Origin: an uncultured Oligoflexus sp.
GTDB taxonomy: Bacteria; Bdellovibrionota_B; Oligoflexia; Oligoflexales; Oligoflexaceae
DNA: 64,000 nt
Direction of reading: 5' to 3'
NCBI GenBank assembly: GCA_964236955.1
Contig: CAXSGP010000007.1
Coordinates: forward strand, 1-64,000
Part shown: one piece after another, positions 18,026 through 28,108 of the stretch
How positions within the stretch are numbered: position 1 is the stretch's first letter
How the letters are laid out: each line of letters begins with the position of its first letter
Notes under the pieces: generated by a model
Told to the model about the DNA's origin: nothing
Database searches by the model: none
What the model saw: only the letters and a program-made list of their open reading frames with translations
Program-made: the position numbers and the translations under genes

Positions 18026-18044
18026 TAAAAAGGATTCTTAAAAA

Positions 18045-18995
18045 ATGAAGTCATTGCTGCCGATCGCCCACGTTCTCCTTCTCACTCTCACCGCCTGTGT
18101 CAGCGATCCCAAGGCCCACTTTATGCTAAGAGAGCTCGATACCAAGCAGCAACTCGACTTTGCTCAGGCCAATATCATTCTGCTCGGAGAACAACACGAC
18201 AATCCCGTGCACCATAAAATCCAACAGGAAATTTTGGAGCGACTTGGCGAACAAGGTCGTCTGAGTTCGGTCGTTTTCGAACAGATTGATTGGACGGAGC
18301 AGGGTGTTCTGAGCCAATTGACTTCACAGAACCTCGCTGGTTTACCCGAAAAGCTGCAATGGGCGAAATCCGGATGGCCCGACTACAGCCTATACGAGCC
18401 CTTGATCGCGACGGCCGTCAAATATAACGCTAAGGTGATCGCCGGCGGTCTCCCGAAGAATCGCCTTGAGTTGCTCTATAAGCAAGGCTACGAAGGCGCT
18501 TTCACAGCTCCGGAGGTGGAACGACTGCAGGTGCGGAAACCGATCGATGCCGAACGCACCGGGCTTTTGCTAAGAGAGATTGTCGAAGGCCACTGCAAAA
18601 TGATCAGCGACGAGCAGGCTGCAAAGATGATCCCGATTCAAAGAGCCCGCGATGCCGCCTTGATTCGCGGCTATCAGAACGAAGCCAGTATCGATGGTGT
18701 CAGCGTCTTTATCCTGGGCTCCGGTCATGCCCGCAAAGAATTCGGAGTGCCGACCCTATTGAAGATGACCCATCCCAAGGCTAAGGTATGGTCGGTAGGG
18801 ATGCAGGAAGCCGGTGCTGAACCCTTTCCCCAGGGCGGCTTTGATAAGATTTTTATTACCGAGAGGTATGAGCGTCCTGATCCCTGTGAGGGCATGAAAC
18901 AACATATGGAAAAAGAGAAGGTTAAAAAAGATTCGGCGGAAGCCGCCACTCCCGTCACGGCGCCTCAGGCTCCCGTTGCCGTTCCAGCAAAATAA
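18045..18995 (+). CDS. ChaN-family (heme-associated, Tiki superfamily) lipoprotein
   Basis: Lipobox LTAC; LLGEQHDNPVHH, W..SGWP.Y.LY.P, GHC, QRARD, GSGH. Confidence 0.88.
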   Translation: MKSLLPIAHVLLLTLTACVSDPKAHFMLRELDTKQQLDFAQANIILLGEQHDNPVHHKIQQEILERLGEQGRLSSVVFEQIDWTEQGVLSQLTSQNLAGLPEKLQWAKSGWPDYSLYEPLIATAVKYNAKVIAGGLPKNRLELLYKQGYEGAFTAPEVERLQVRKPIDAERTGLLLREIVEGHCKMISDEQAAKMIPIQRARDAALIRGYQNEASIDGVSVFILGSGHARKEFGVPTLLKMTHPKAKVWSVGMQEAGAEPFPQGGFDKIFITERYERPDPCEGMKQHMEKEKVKKDSAEAATPVTAPQAPVAVPAK

Positions 18996-19010
18996 AAGCT
19001 CGATCAGGGT

Positions 19011-19475
19011 TTAGAAGATCCAGTCGACGACAAAATCTTCGAGATCCTTAACGCTGTCCTCGGAAATTATTTTATTCTTAACCGAGATTCCGGCTCTATG
19101 AACGCTATCCCGATTGCCGCTGATGAGCGGATGCCAGACCGGAAGATCGCGACCTTCAGCAATGATTTTATAGGCACAGGTGCTCGGCAGCCAGTTCATG
19201 CGCCGGACTTTTTTGGGGTTGAGCACTTGGCAATCTTTGACGAAGTGGATGCGCTTCGAATAGTTGCTGCAACGACAGCTCTTACTATCAAGCAGGCGAC
19301 AGGCGACGTTGGTAAACGCTATCTCGCCGCTATCTTCATCTTCGATTTTATGGAGGCAGCACTTGCCACAATTGTCGCAAAGGCTTTCCCATTCATTGGT
19401 ACTCATCTGTTCAAGAGTTTTTGTTTTCCAAAAAGGTAGGGACTGGATATTTTTCATGAGGGCGGCTTCATCCAT
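19011..19475 (-). CDS. YcgN-family cysteine-cluster protein (UPF0260)
   Basis: [40 protein letters not shown]. Confidence 0.93.
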   Translation of the reverse strand: MDEAALMKNIQSLPFWKTKTLEQMSTNEWESLCDNCGKCCLHKIEDEDSGEIAFTNVACRLLDSKSCRCSNYSKRIHFVKDCQVLNPKKVRRMNWLPSTCAYKIIAEGRDLPVWHPLISGNRDSVHRAGISVKNKIISEDSVKDLEDFVVDWIF

Positions 19476-19567
19476 GCTTGGTTTGCAGAACGAAGTCCTA
19501 TCATGGACTTGCCAGGATGCCTATCTCTGAATGAACCGGGCCCAGGATCCATGAGAAAGGACGTATT

Positions 19568-19993
19568 ATGCTCAAGGTTACCGACAGCATCCAAATCTCC
19601 TATGACGAATTCGAAATATCCTACGCCCGCAGCGGCGGACCCGGTGGCCAAAACGTCAACAAACGCGAGACAAAGGCCGTATTAAGCTGGAATCCCAGGG
19701 AAAGTCTCTCCCTTCCTGAGTCGGTGCGCCAGCGCTTTCTGGATCGTTATAGCAGCCGCGTCAGTGAGGACGGCCATATCGTGATCGCCAGCGATGAGCA
19801 CCGCTCTCAGGAAATGAATCTCAAGGGCTGTTATGAAAAATTGCACAAGATGATACTGGCTGTTGCAATTCCACCTAAGATCCGCCGGCCGACCAAACCC
19901 ACCAGGGGCTCGAAGACGAGACGCCTCAACGAAAAAAAGGTCCAGGGGGATACCAAGAAAATGCGTCAAAAAGTTAGTTCTTCCCATGAATGA
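19568..19993 (+). CDS. arfB: Alternative ribosome-rescue peptidyl-tRNA hydrolase
   Basis: ARSGGPGGQNVNK, basic tail RRPTKPTRGSK.RRL..KK. Confidence 0.95.
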   Translation: MLKVTDSIQISYDEFEISYARSGGPGGQNVNKRETKAVLSWNPRESLSLPESVRQRFLDRYSSRVSEDGHIVIASDEHRSQEMNLKGCYEKLHKMILAVAIPPKIRRPTKPTRGSKTRRLNEKKVQGDTKKMRQKVSSSHE

Positions 19994-20140
19994 GCGCTCT
20001 AACTCAAGGCGACACTAATGTCATCCCAGCCGTGATTTATAAATTCGAAAACAATGTCTTAGCCATATGCCATCTTTTATGTATTTTGTAGCCATATTAG
20101 CGCTATCATAAAGGCTTCGTCCTACAAACAGGAGCTCTCT

Positions 20141-22558
20141 ATGCGCTATCGCTTCGCTGCTACGTTGATACTCGCCTGCTCGATGTCTTCAGCATTTGCA
20201 ATGGAAAACCGTATTCATAATGTTTGGTACCCCACCCCAATGCAAACGATTAGCCCCGAACTCCTCGCCCAAAACTTTCTTAAAGCCAAGGCGTCTGAAC
20301 TCGGCGTGCCGACCTCCTCGCTAAGGCTTTTGAAAAGCCAGGAGAGTCTGCTGGCCTATCATCTGATCTATCAGCAATACGCGCATGATTTACCCATTTC
20401 GGACGCAACCATTTCGGTATCCATTCTAAAAAAAGACCAGGCCGTCTATCAGTACTATTCCACGCTGATTCCTGCGGCAAAACCGGTGCTCCCCAAGCAA
20501 AAAATATCGCTCGAACAAGCCCTCGATGCGGCATGGGCTTACGTCGGCGTGCAGGGCCGACTCTTTCAGGCTCCAAAATCGCAGCTTCGGTTTATTTCAG
20601 TAAAAGGGGCCTTGACTCAGGTCTACAGCATCGACCTCAGCCCTACAGCTCCCTATGGCGCGTGGCGCATCGATGTTGAAGCGGCCAGCGGTAATGTAAT
20701 CGGAGTCAAAGACCTTCGCATCAATGAAAAGGCGCTTATTCTCCCCACTACTTTTGGCAGCAAGGTCGCAACCAGCAACCGCAGCGAGGCCTTTAGAGCC
20801 TGGTCGAACCCACTTGAGGACAAGCAAGCTGTCGGCGAAATCAAATGCGGCAAGGCCAAGGTTTTTGATCCGGACCCCAAAACTGAAATGGGCAATACCA
20901 CGATCACCGACACCAGTCCCGCCTCCGATTTTGATGCCGCTTATGTGCAAAGAATTCTGCCAGAAGTCAGCGTTGCCGGCGGCGTCTATCGTTTGGAAGG
21001 CCCCTGGGCCAGGATCATCGATTTTGATCCACCCACCGCGGTGCCAACGACAAGCAGGGACGGCAATTGGAATTATGTTCGCGGCAAAGGCGGCTTCACC
21101 GATTCGATGACTTATTTCCATCTCGATCAAAGTCAACGCTACATCCAGTCGCTGGGCTTTAAGGATGCGACCGGAATCCAATTCGGACCTATAGAATTCG
21201 ATGCCGATGGTGCCAACGGCGATGATAACTCCTATTTTATGCCAAGCACCAATCGCCTGGCCTTCGGTCACGGCTGCGTTGATGACAACGAAGATAGCGA
21301 TGTCATTCTCCATGAATACGGTCACGCGATCAACAACTCGATCAACGTGAACTGGGGCGGCGGTGACATGGGTGCCATGGGCGAGGGTTTCGGCGATTAC
21401 TGGGCCGCTTCCTACAGCTACAGCACCCCAAAAGGGCATGATTTCCAGCCTGAAGTCGTCTATAACTGGGATGCCGGCAGCTGTTGGCCGGGCCGCATTC
21501 TGAATGCGCTTGGGGCCCGTTATAATGCCAATGAAAGCTACGATGCCCATACCCCTATCGACGGTGGATTCCAATCCGACGAGCTTTGGTCAACCCCGCT
21601 GTTTCAAGCTCACATAGCCTTGAGAGCCATGGATATCCCCCGTGACGAGATCGACACGATTGTACTCGAATCTCAGTTTGGACTCGGCGGCAGCTTGACG
21701 ATGCGCGACATGGCCCAATCGATCGTTGCGACAGCCGCTCGCCTCTATCCCGATGGTCCTCATGCAACTGTCTTCCGCCAAAAGTTCGTCGATCAAGGTA
21801 TCCTGGTAGAACCAAAATCCATCCTTACGGCTCAATTGGAAGCGGTTGACGATGCCGATGGTGTCGTCGATCCAGGGGAACATCCAAGATTTCCTTTGAA
21901 AATATCCAATATCGGCGACAAACTGGCTGAAGACGTGAGCGTCGACGTCACCTCCGATGACCCCCTGCTTAGCGATATCATGGTTGACGTGAACGCAGAC
22001 TTTGTCCTGGGCAAGCTCGAAGCTGGCAAATTCAAGTATCTGTCCTTAAGCTTCGCTGTGAGCGAGTCCGCCCCATGCGGCCATGGGGTCGATCTAAAAA
22101 TCACCCTCACATCCAAAGACGGCAAAACCGTTGTTGTACCCGTGAAGGTCCAGATCGGTAAGCCGATTGAAACAGTAGCATCCAGTACACCTAACCTGGC
22201 GATACCGGATAAAGGTTCTATCAAAGACAAACTGCTTGTGGATTATTCCAATGCCAAGGTGAGCGCAAACTTCAGTGTGGATATGAAAATCAATCATAGC
22301 TACATCGGTGACCTCAATGTGACTCTGGTATCACCCGAAGGCCAAGAGATCGTGCTGCATGATCGGACGGGCAACAGTGGCAACGACATCTCTGGAAACT
22401 ACCCGACTACCCTGACCCCGAAAGAACCTTTGAGTAAATTGCTCAATCAGCAACTCGACGGAGCCTGGACCCTGAAGGTCGCCGATCTCGCGGCGAGTGA
22501 TACAGGCACCCTGATTTCCTGGGGTATTCGTGACGTTAGCGGCTACCTCTGCCACTGA
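20141..22558 (+). CDS. Secreted M36/M4-type zinc metallopeptidase with propeptide and C-terminal proprotein-convertase P-domain
   Basis: Signal peptide; FTP/PepSY-like region; HEYGH..MGEGFGDY; HSYIGDL.VTLVSP..GAWTL..D.GTL.SW. Confidence 0.9.
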   Translation: MRYRFAATLILACSMSSAFAMENRIHNVWYPTPMQTISPELLAQNFLKAKASELGVPTSSLRLLKSQESLLAYHLIYQQYAHDLPISDATISVSILKKDQAVYQYYSTLIPAAKPVLPKQKISLEQALDAAWAYVGVQGRLFQAPKSQLRFISVKGALTQVYSIDLSPTAPYGAWRIDVEAASGNVIGVKDLRINEKALILPTTFGSKVATSNRSEAFRAWSNPLEDKQAVGEIKCGKAKVFDPDPKTEMGNTTITDTSPASDFDAAYVQRILPEVSVAGGVYRLEGPWARIIDFDPPTAVPTTSRDGNWNYVRGKGGFTDSMTYFHLDQSQRYIQSLGFKDATGIQFGPIEFDADGANGDDNSYFMPSTNRLAFGHGCVDDNEDSDVILHEYGHAINNSINVNWGGGDMGAMGEGFGDYWAASYSYSTPKGHDFQPEVVYNWDAGSCWPGRILNALGARYNANESYDAHTPIDGGFQSDELWSTPLFQAHIALRAMDIPRDEIDTIVLESQFGLGGSLTMRDMAQSIVATAARLYPDGPHATVFRQKFVDQGILVEPKSILTAQLEAVDDADGVVDPGEHPRFPLKISNIGDKLAEDVSVDVTSDDPLLSDIMVDVNADFVLGKLEAGKFKYLSLSFAVSESAPCGHGVDLKITLTSKDGKTVVVPVKVQIGKPIETVASSTPNLAIPDKGSIKDKLLVDYSNAKVSANFSVDMKINHSYIGDLNVTLVSPEGQEIVLHDRTGNSGNDISGNYPTTLTPKEPLSKLLNQQLDGAWTLKVADLAASDTGTLISWGIRDVSGYLCH

Positions 22559-23990
22559 GCGTAGGAGTGACTGAAAAATAAAGGGGGGGAAGGGTCTTCT
22601 CTAAAGGAAGACTCTTCCATTCCCGCCTCATGATGGCTGTCATATCACAGGAATCCTGAACCCTGGACCATACGGCTTCCGCATGCGCCTTCCAAAACTC
22701 CTTCGATTCGCTTGTGACCAGACGGGTCAGGCTCTGTCGTAAAGCGCCCTCTTCAAATAAAATAAAATCCCGTCCAGCTTCCAAGACCGTGCCCCGCGCC
22801 CCGAATTGGGTCGAGATAACCGCTAACCTTGCTGCGAGGTACTCAAAGATTTTTACGTTGCTTCCTGAGCCACTGCGCACCGGATTCAAGGCAGCGTCCG
22901 CCGCCGCAAAGTAAGGATAGGTTTCCTTCACCGGACCGGTATAGATCATGGTCCTGGTCCGCATGGCCGTCTCGGAGATCGATCCCAGAATCAAAAATGT
23001 AATGCGCGCGTCAACGAGGAATTTCTCTTCGCGTTCACAGAATTCCTGAAGGGTTTTCAAAGCTTCCAGATTAGGGCCAAAGCGGCTCCCGCTAAATACG
23101 ATCAGCCAATCATCCGCACCAATACCGTATGAAAGGCGAAGGCCTTGCCCTTCGTCAAAGGAATGACGATAATTGTCGGGATCGACCCCATTGGCCACGA
23201 GTCGAACCGATTCGGGTTGAGCGGCCCGGACTTTAAAGTAGTCAGCATCTTCCTTGGCACAGGCGAGAATGCCATCATAACGATGAGCGGCAGACCTTTC
23301 GATGCCTTCCATCCAGGAAGCAAAGAATTTTTCGGTACGAGTGCCTTGTTTTAAAAGCCGGTGTTCCAGGTTGTGACTGAGCAGCACCCAGCTCTTGTTA
23401 CGCCAAGGACCAGGGATCGGCGGCGTGTAGGGAAGATCACAAAGAATGACATCAGCCCAGTGAAGGCGATTATGAAGGGCACTGGGGACAAGTCCCATGC
23501 GCAGTATAAAGTACTGCCAAAGCCGAGGCAAACCAAGGCGGCGCGCAAGCGATTGGATCAGTCCTATGGGAAGGGATAGATTGATTTCTTCCATAAGATT
23601 TTCTTCGATGCTTTGATTGAGCATGCTCGATCCCTGACCATAGTCTTCACGGCGGCCCGCGAGACTAAAAATACACACCTCATGGCCGAGTCGAGCCAGC
23701 GCTTTGGCTACGCTTCCACTGCGCAGATGGCCACCACTTTGATTGGGGAATATCTTTAAGCCGGACAGGATAAGTATTCGTTTCGACGGTAAAGCTGCAG
23801 GAGAAGGCCCAGCAAAATCACCTAGCGGATCACGGGCCGTTTGATTCGTAGATTCCAACGCAGGCTTCAGATTAGGGTTCATCAGTCTGGGCTCCATTTC
23901 AAGTCCAACTTCAACAGCAAGCGCAGTAGGCCATAGCCACTTAAGCACAGCCCTGCTAGCCCCTATGAGCAAGGATCTGACCAAGGTCAA
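22536..23990 (-). CDS. Glycosyltransferase family 4; true start probably downstream (near 23898)
   Basis: P.QSGG..R, HNLE, VANGVD, GSGSNVKIFEYLAA..VIST..GARG. Confidence 0.88.
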   Translation of the reverse strand: MTLVRSLLIGASRAVLKWLWPTALAVEVGLEMEPRLMNPNLKPALESTNQTARDPLGDFAGPSPAALPSKRILILSGLKIFPNQSGGHLRSGSVAKALARLGHEVCIFSLAGRREDYGQGSSMLNQSIEENLMEEINLSLPIGLIQSLARRLGLPRLWQYFILRMGLVPSALHNRLHWADVILCDLPYTPPIPGPWRNKSWVLLSHNLEHRLLKQGTRTEKFFASWMEGIERSAAHRYDGILACAKEDADYFKVRAAQPESVRLVANGVDPDNYRHSFDEGQGLRLSYGIGADDWLIVFSGSRFGPNLEALKTLQEFCEREEKFLVDARITFLILGSISETAMRTRTMIYTGPVKETYPYFAAADAALNPVRSGSGSNVKIFEYLAARLAVISTQFGARGTVLEAGRDFILFEEGALRQSLTRLVTSESKEFWKAHAEAVWSRVQDSCDMTAIMRREWKSLPLEKTLPPLYFSVTPTLSGRGSR

Positions 23991-24214
23991 AAATTAAAAA
24001 AATTCAATGTTTTCAAGATGTTTTGCGGGTCCATGGCCAGCGTTTTCTAGGCGGTTGTAAAGAAAACTGACAGTTTTTGAGGTAACAATGTCAAAGGTCT
24101 CGTCGTCCTACAAACCCGCAGGGAAGAGGATCTTTGGGAGGAATTCCCGCTCGGCGGTCTTCTCGAGCTGTGTTAGGGTGAGATCAGACCACAGGAATGA
24201 TAAGGCGGGACACA

Positions 24215-25807
24215 ATGCGTACAAAAGTGCTTATTACCGGAGCTCTTCATCCGGTAGCTCTCGAAGCTTTGGCAAAGATTGACAATCTCGATGTCGTGTA
24301 TATGCCGGATACCACTTTCGCCGAATTTTCTTCACAACTCGTCGATGCTCAGGTGCTTGTTTCCCGCAGTGAAACCGATGTCACTCGCGCCGTTATCGAT
24401 GCTGCCCCTCAATTGAAAATCATCGCCCGCGCGGCCGTTGGCGTCGGTAATATCGATCTCGAGTATGCCACTGAAAAAGGCATACTCGTCATGAATACCC
24501 CAGGTAAAAATACGAACTCAGCGGCAGAATTAACCCTCGGCCTTATGCTATCAATGTTCCGCCGCCTTCCCGAAGCTCAGCAGACACTCAAAACGGGGGG
24601 CTGGGATCGCCATCGTTTCACGGGTAAAGAGCTGCGTGGCAAACGCATCGGTATAGTCGGCCTTGGCAATGTTGGCCATCGCGTGGCAAAATTCTGCCTG
24701 GGTTTTGATTGCGAGGTCTTTGCCTATGATCCTTACATCTCACCCGATATTTTTGCGAAGCATCGTGCCATCCCGGTGGCATCGCTGGTGGATCTAGCCG
24801 AGAAGGTCGATATCCTCACTCTGCATGTTCCCAAGACCAAAGAGACGAGTGGCATGATCGATCGAGAGGTCCTCAAGGCGCTGGGGCCACAGGGCTATCT
24901 GGTCAACGCCGCCAGAGGTGGCATCGTCTTTGAAAAAGATCTCGTTTGGGCTCTCGACAATAAACTTATCGCCGGCGCCGCTATCGATACCTTCGAGACA
25001 GAGCCCAAACCGCTTGCCGCCCTTATTCAAAATCCTGCGGTCTACTGTTCACCGCACATCGGGGCGTCGACTGAAGAAGCGCAGATCGCCATCGGTTATG
25101 CTGTGGCCGATCAGATACGCAAAGCCCTGGAAGGTGGAGTGGTTGACTATCACGTCAATCTTCCAAATGTTGGCATCATCGATAAACCTATTATGAAGGC
25201 CTATTCGACCCTTGCTGAAAAGCTGGGCTCGATCGTCGGCCAGATTCTGGACTTCAACCCCCAAAGCGTGCAGTTTCAGTATCGGGGTGATATTTCCGAG
25301 CTTGATAACGCCATCATACGCTTGAGTTGGATGAAGGGTTATCTGACCAAAGTCGTCGATGAATATGTTTCTTTCGTCAACGTGGGAAGGCATATGGAAC
25401 GCCTTGGAATCGCTATCGATGAGACAGTCGATCCAAGCTTCAGCTCTTATAATTCCGCTCTTAAGATTTTAGTCCGGGGCTCGCAAGGGCAGCAGATGAC
25501 GGTGGGCGGAGTGGTTTTCGAAGACAGACACCTCCGCTTGACTTTGATCAACGATTTTCATTTTGAAGTTGAACCCAATGGCAACATGCTTTTGATTGCC
25601 AACCACGATAGACCTGGGGTTATCGGTGATTTGGGTCAATACCTGGCGAAGAGCGGTGTCAACATCAGCGGATTCAATTTAAGTCGAAATTCCAAAGGCG
25701 GTAGGGCCATGGCCGTGCTTAGCATCGATAGCACACTCAATGCGCAAAACTTACGCGAAATAAAGGACTTACCAAACGTTGAAGGCGCAAAGGCAATCTT
25801 CATATGA
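24215..25807 (+). CDS. serA: D-3-phosphoglycerate dehydrogenase (long form with ACT domain)
   Basis: RAAVGVGNID, GIVGLGNVG, VNAARGG, PHIGASTEEAQ, NHDRPGVIG. Confidence 0.95.
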   Translation: MRTKVLITGALHPVALEALAKIDNLDVVYMPDTTFAEFSSQLVDAQVLVSRSETDVTRAVIDAAPQLKIIARAAVGVGNIDLEYATEKGILVMNTPGKNTNSAAELTLGLMLSMFRRLPEAQQTLKTGGWDRHRFTGKELRGKRIGIVGLGNVGHRVAKFCLGFDCEVFAYDPYISPDIFAKHRAIPVASLVDLAEKVDILTLHVPKTKETSGMIDREVLKALGPQGYLVNAARGGIVFEKDLVWALDNKLIAGAAIDTFETEPKPLAALIQNPAVYCSPHIGASTEEAQIAIGYAVADQIRKALEGGVVDYHVNLPNVGIIDKPIMKAYSTLAEKLGSIVGQILDFNPQSVQFQYRGDISELDNAIIRLSWMKGYLTKVVDEYVSFVNVGRHMERLGIAIDETVDPSFSSYNSALKILVRGSQGQQMTVGGVVFEDRHLRLTLINDFHFEVEPNGNMLLIANHDRPGVIGDLGQYLAKSGVNISGFNLSRNSKGGRAMAVLSIDSTLNAQNLREIKDLPNVEGAKAIFI

Positions 25808-26298
25808 AGGAGATGGTCAATCCGATGACGCGCGAAGGTTATGACATCATAGCCGAAGAGCATCGCCGACTCATTGAAGAAGATCGCCCAAAGATGGTCG
25901 ATAACATGGCAACTGCCGCCGCCGAAGGGGATCGCTCGGAAAACGCGGAATACATCTATAGTAAGAAGCGCATTCGGGAAATCGATAAACGCCTGCGTTA
26001 TTTGACGACTCTGCTCCAGGACGTCGAGATCGTTAACCCACAAAACATCCGCAGCGATCGCGTGGAGTTCGGGGCGACGATTACCGTTACCGATGAGAGT
26101 GGGCTTGAAAAAACCTGGACAATTGTCGGGGTCGGTGAATCCAATGTTGATGCAAAGACGATCTCTTGGAAATCCCCTTTAGCGCGCGCGGTCTGGGGCA
26201 AAAAGGTTGGGGACAGGATTAGCGTCGAACGCCCTGCGGGCGATATGGATTATGAGTTGATCGATTTGCACTATGCGGGACGGCGGATGCAAGGCTAA
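25804..26298 (+). CDS. greB: Transcription elongation factor GreB
   Basis: AAAEGDRSENAEYIYSKKRIREID.RLR.L, ISWKSPLARA. Confidence 0.93.
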   Translation: MKEMVNPMTREGYDIIAEEHRRLIEEDRPKMVDNMATAAAEGDRSENAEYIYSKKRIREIDKRLRYLTTLLQDVEIVNPQNIRSDRVEFGATITVTDESGLEKTWTIVGVGESNVDAKTISWKSPLARAVWGKKVGDRISVERPAGDMDYELIDLHYAGRRMQG

Positions 26299-26448
26299 GG
26301 CAGGACGAGTCGATCACGCCTATCACCAGCTTTGTGCCAACGAAAGCTATTGTCCGTGGCTTTAAGGATGAACCCTCAAAAGATAGATTAAGTAAGGCAG
26401 TAAACTCGTGAAATTAACCATAAAGCCCAGGTTGAAGCCAGTGAAAAA

Positions 26449-26567
26449 GGGAAAGGCAGCATAAAAGTGTCTCTTGGTTTTTGCGGTGTCCCGTAACGGC
26501 AAGATCGGCTCCTTAACTCTCAGGGAAAGCCCGGAACGTGGGTTTTAAGCTGCCAAGCACCTCTCCC
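26449..26567. ncRNA. Candidate structured non-coding RNA, family unassigned
   Basis: GGCAGCATAAAA (26455-66) pairs with TTTTAAGCTGCC (26543-54), with inner hairpins, in a non-coding gap between convergent genes. Confidence 0.35.
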
Positions 26568-26609
26568 ATCTCAGGCCGCCGACTTGGCAAAGATTGTCGG
26601 CGCGGCGGC

Positions 26610-27113
26610 CTAGATTCCGCGCATTTCATATTCACGAAGTTTCCTTATCAGCCTGTCGCGGCCTAAGCCCTGACGATCCGGAATTCCAAAGGAATCGGCA
26701 AGGCTTTCCAGCTGATGATCAGTAAGTCCATCGAATTCATCACGACGGGTATCGACGGGTATGGCGGGCGTCCCCATTCGATGACTGCCTGTATCACGAA
26801 TGTCATCGGAAATGCCACCGACTTTGGATAGCTGGATGTCAACCGGCTCAGAACTTTGGGCAACATCGCCCAGTAAGCGATCATACCTATCATAGGTCCA
26901 GGTATCATCGATATCTGTGGCGTCACCACCCTGGATAATGCGATTGCCATCGGTTAGCATTTCATCTCTATCTTTAAAATGTCCGACTTCTTCAAAAATC
27001 GTCTCTTCGTCGGCATCAATAGCCTCGGAAGGACCGACGAAGCGGGCCGTTTTTTTCGGCATTTGTTTATTTGTATAATGTTCATTTTTGCCACTGTCTG
27101 AAATGGGATGCAT
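26610..27113 (-). CDS. Acidic protein with C-terminal Rho-termination-factor N-terminal-like (helix-extension-helix) motif
   Basis: Start at MHPIS after GGAGAG; C-terminal FDGLTDHQLESLADSFGIPDRQGLGRDRLIRKL. Confidence 0.7.
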   Translation of the reverse strand: MHPISDSGKNEHYTNKQMPKKTARFVGPSEAIDADEETIFEEVGHFKDRDEMLTDGNRIIQGGDATDIDDTWTYDRYDRLLGDVAQSSEPVDIQLSKVGGISDDIRDTGSHRMGTPAIPVDTRRDEFDGLTDHQLESLADSFGIPDRQGLGRDRLIRKLREYEMRGI

Positions 27114-27166
27114 AGAGCTCTCCAATAGTGATTTAAGCCTTAGAATATTCAACCCAGGACAGGATG

Positions 27167-27182
27167 TGCAAGGAGAATGCCA
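27167..27182 (-). promoter_or_regulatory. Putative sigma54 promoter
   Basis: Minus strand TGGCATTCTCCTTGCA (TGGCA-N6-TTGCA), 53 nt upstream of ATG 27113. Confidence 0.65.
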
Positions 27183-27374
27183 GCAGCTCCCTCTCAGAAA
27201 AATTACGCTGCTTGACAAAGCAATTTTTAGGCTAACACGTTTGCCTGGCAACGATGCCCCAAACTGTCCCTTCAGCAATCAGACTTCTGCACTATCGCTT
27301 ACCCATCTGGAAAAGAACCTGGAGATGAAGTATTCTTGAATACGAGAGGCCCAGTGAAATATTTGGGGATCAGC

Positions 27375-27986
27375 ATGCTTCCACTCGATCGTGAACAAGA
27401 AGTTTATGTCAGGCAAAAATACGAGCTCGCGGAATTATTCGGATTTGAAAGCCGCAACAAATACGAAATCACGCGAGGCGATCGGACGCCGATCGGCTTT
27501 GCCGCCGAGCAGAGCAAAGGTCTCATGGGAATTTTAGGACGGCAGTTTCTTGGCCATTGGCGCTCCTTTGAACTCATCATTTTTGATTCGAATAGGCATA
27601 TCGCTTATCGCGCGGTTCATCCCTTTCGCTTCTTTTTCCAAAGGCTGGAACTCTATGACGCCAGCGGAAGGTTTATCGGCGCCGTTCAATCCCGCTTTGC
27701 GTTCCTTTATAAAAAACTGCAAATCGAGGGACCCAATGGCCAGGTCGCCTTTGATATGGCGTCCGCACCCTGGAAGGTATGGACCTTTCCCTTCAAACGC
27801 AGGGGGAGGGAGGTCGGAGTTCTCAAGAAGAAATGGTCGGGCCTATTAACCGAAGCCATGACGGATAAGGACAATTTTCATTTAACCTTTGGCGATTCTA
27901 CACTCAATATTGACGAACGACTTTTAATGCTGACCGCGACGTTTTTTATCGATTTGATTTATTTCGAAAACAAAGCTGGTAAATAA
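27375..27986 (+). CDS. Phospholipid scramblase / LURP-one (Tubby C-like) family protein
   Basis: VRQKYELAELFGFESRNKYEI, KKKWSGLLTEAMTDKDNF, FFIDLIYFE. Confidence 0.85.
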   Translation: MLPLDREQEVYVRQKYELAELFGFESRNKYEITRGDRTPIGFAAEQSKGLMGILGRQFLGHWRSFELIIFDSNRHIAYRAVHPFRFFFQRLELYDASGRFIGAVQSRFAFLYKKLQIEGPNGQVAFDMASAPWKVWTFPFKRRGREVGVLKKKWSGLLTEAMTDKDNFHLTFGDSTLNIDERLLMLTATFFIDLIYFENKAGK

Positions 27987-28108
27987 GCCGCGCCTCGCGC
28001 TAAGGACCCAGCGCGTCGTGGTGGTAGGCTGAAAGCGGTCGAAATCGCTAAAAAAACGTGGCCGCTCCGCCGCGAGTCATGGCATGATCGATTGAAGAGG
28101 TACCGACT

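Noticed and set aside
20597..21574. 325-aa minus-strand ORF and similar long antisense ORFs (3825..4460, 4499..5140, 8550..9251, 15117..15824)
   Set aside because: Shadow frames of better-supported genes
26515..26536. AACTCTCAGG resembling the 3' half of a glycine riboswitch
   Set aside because: No upstream GGAGA/CCGAAG elements and no downstream plus-strand gene
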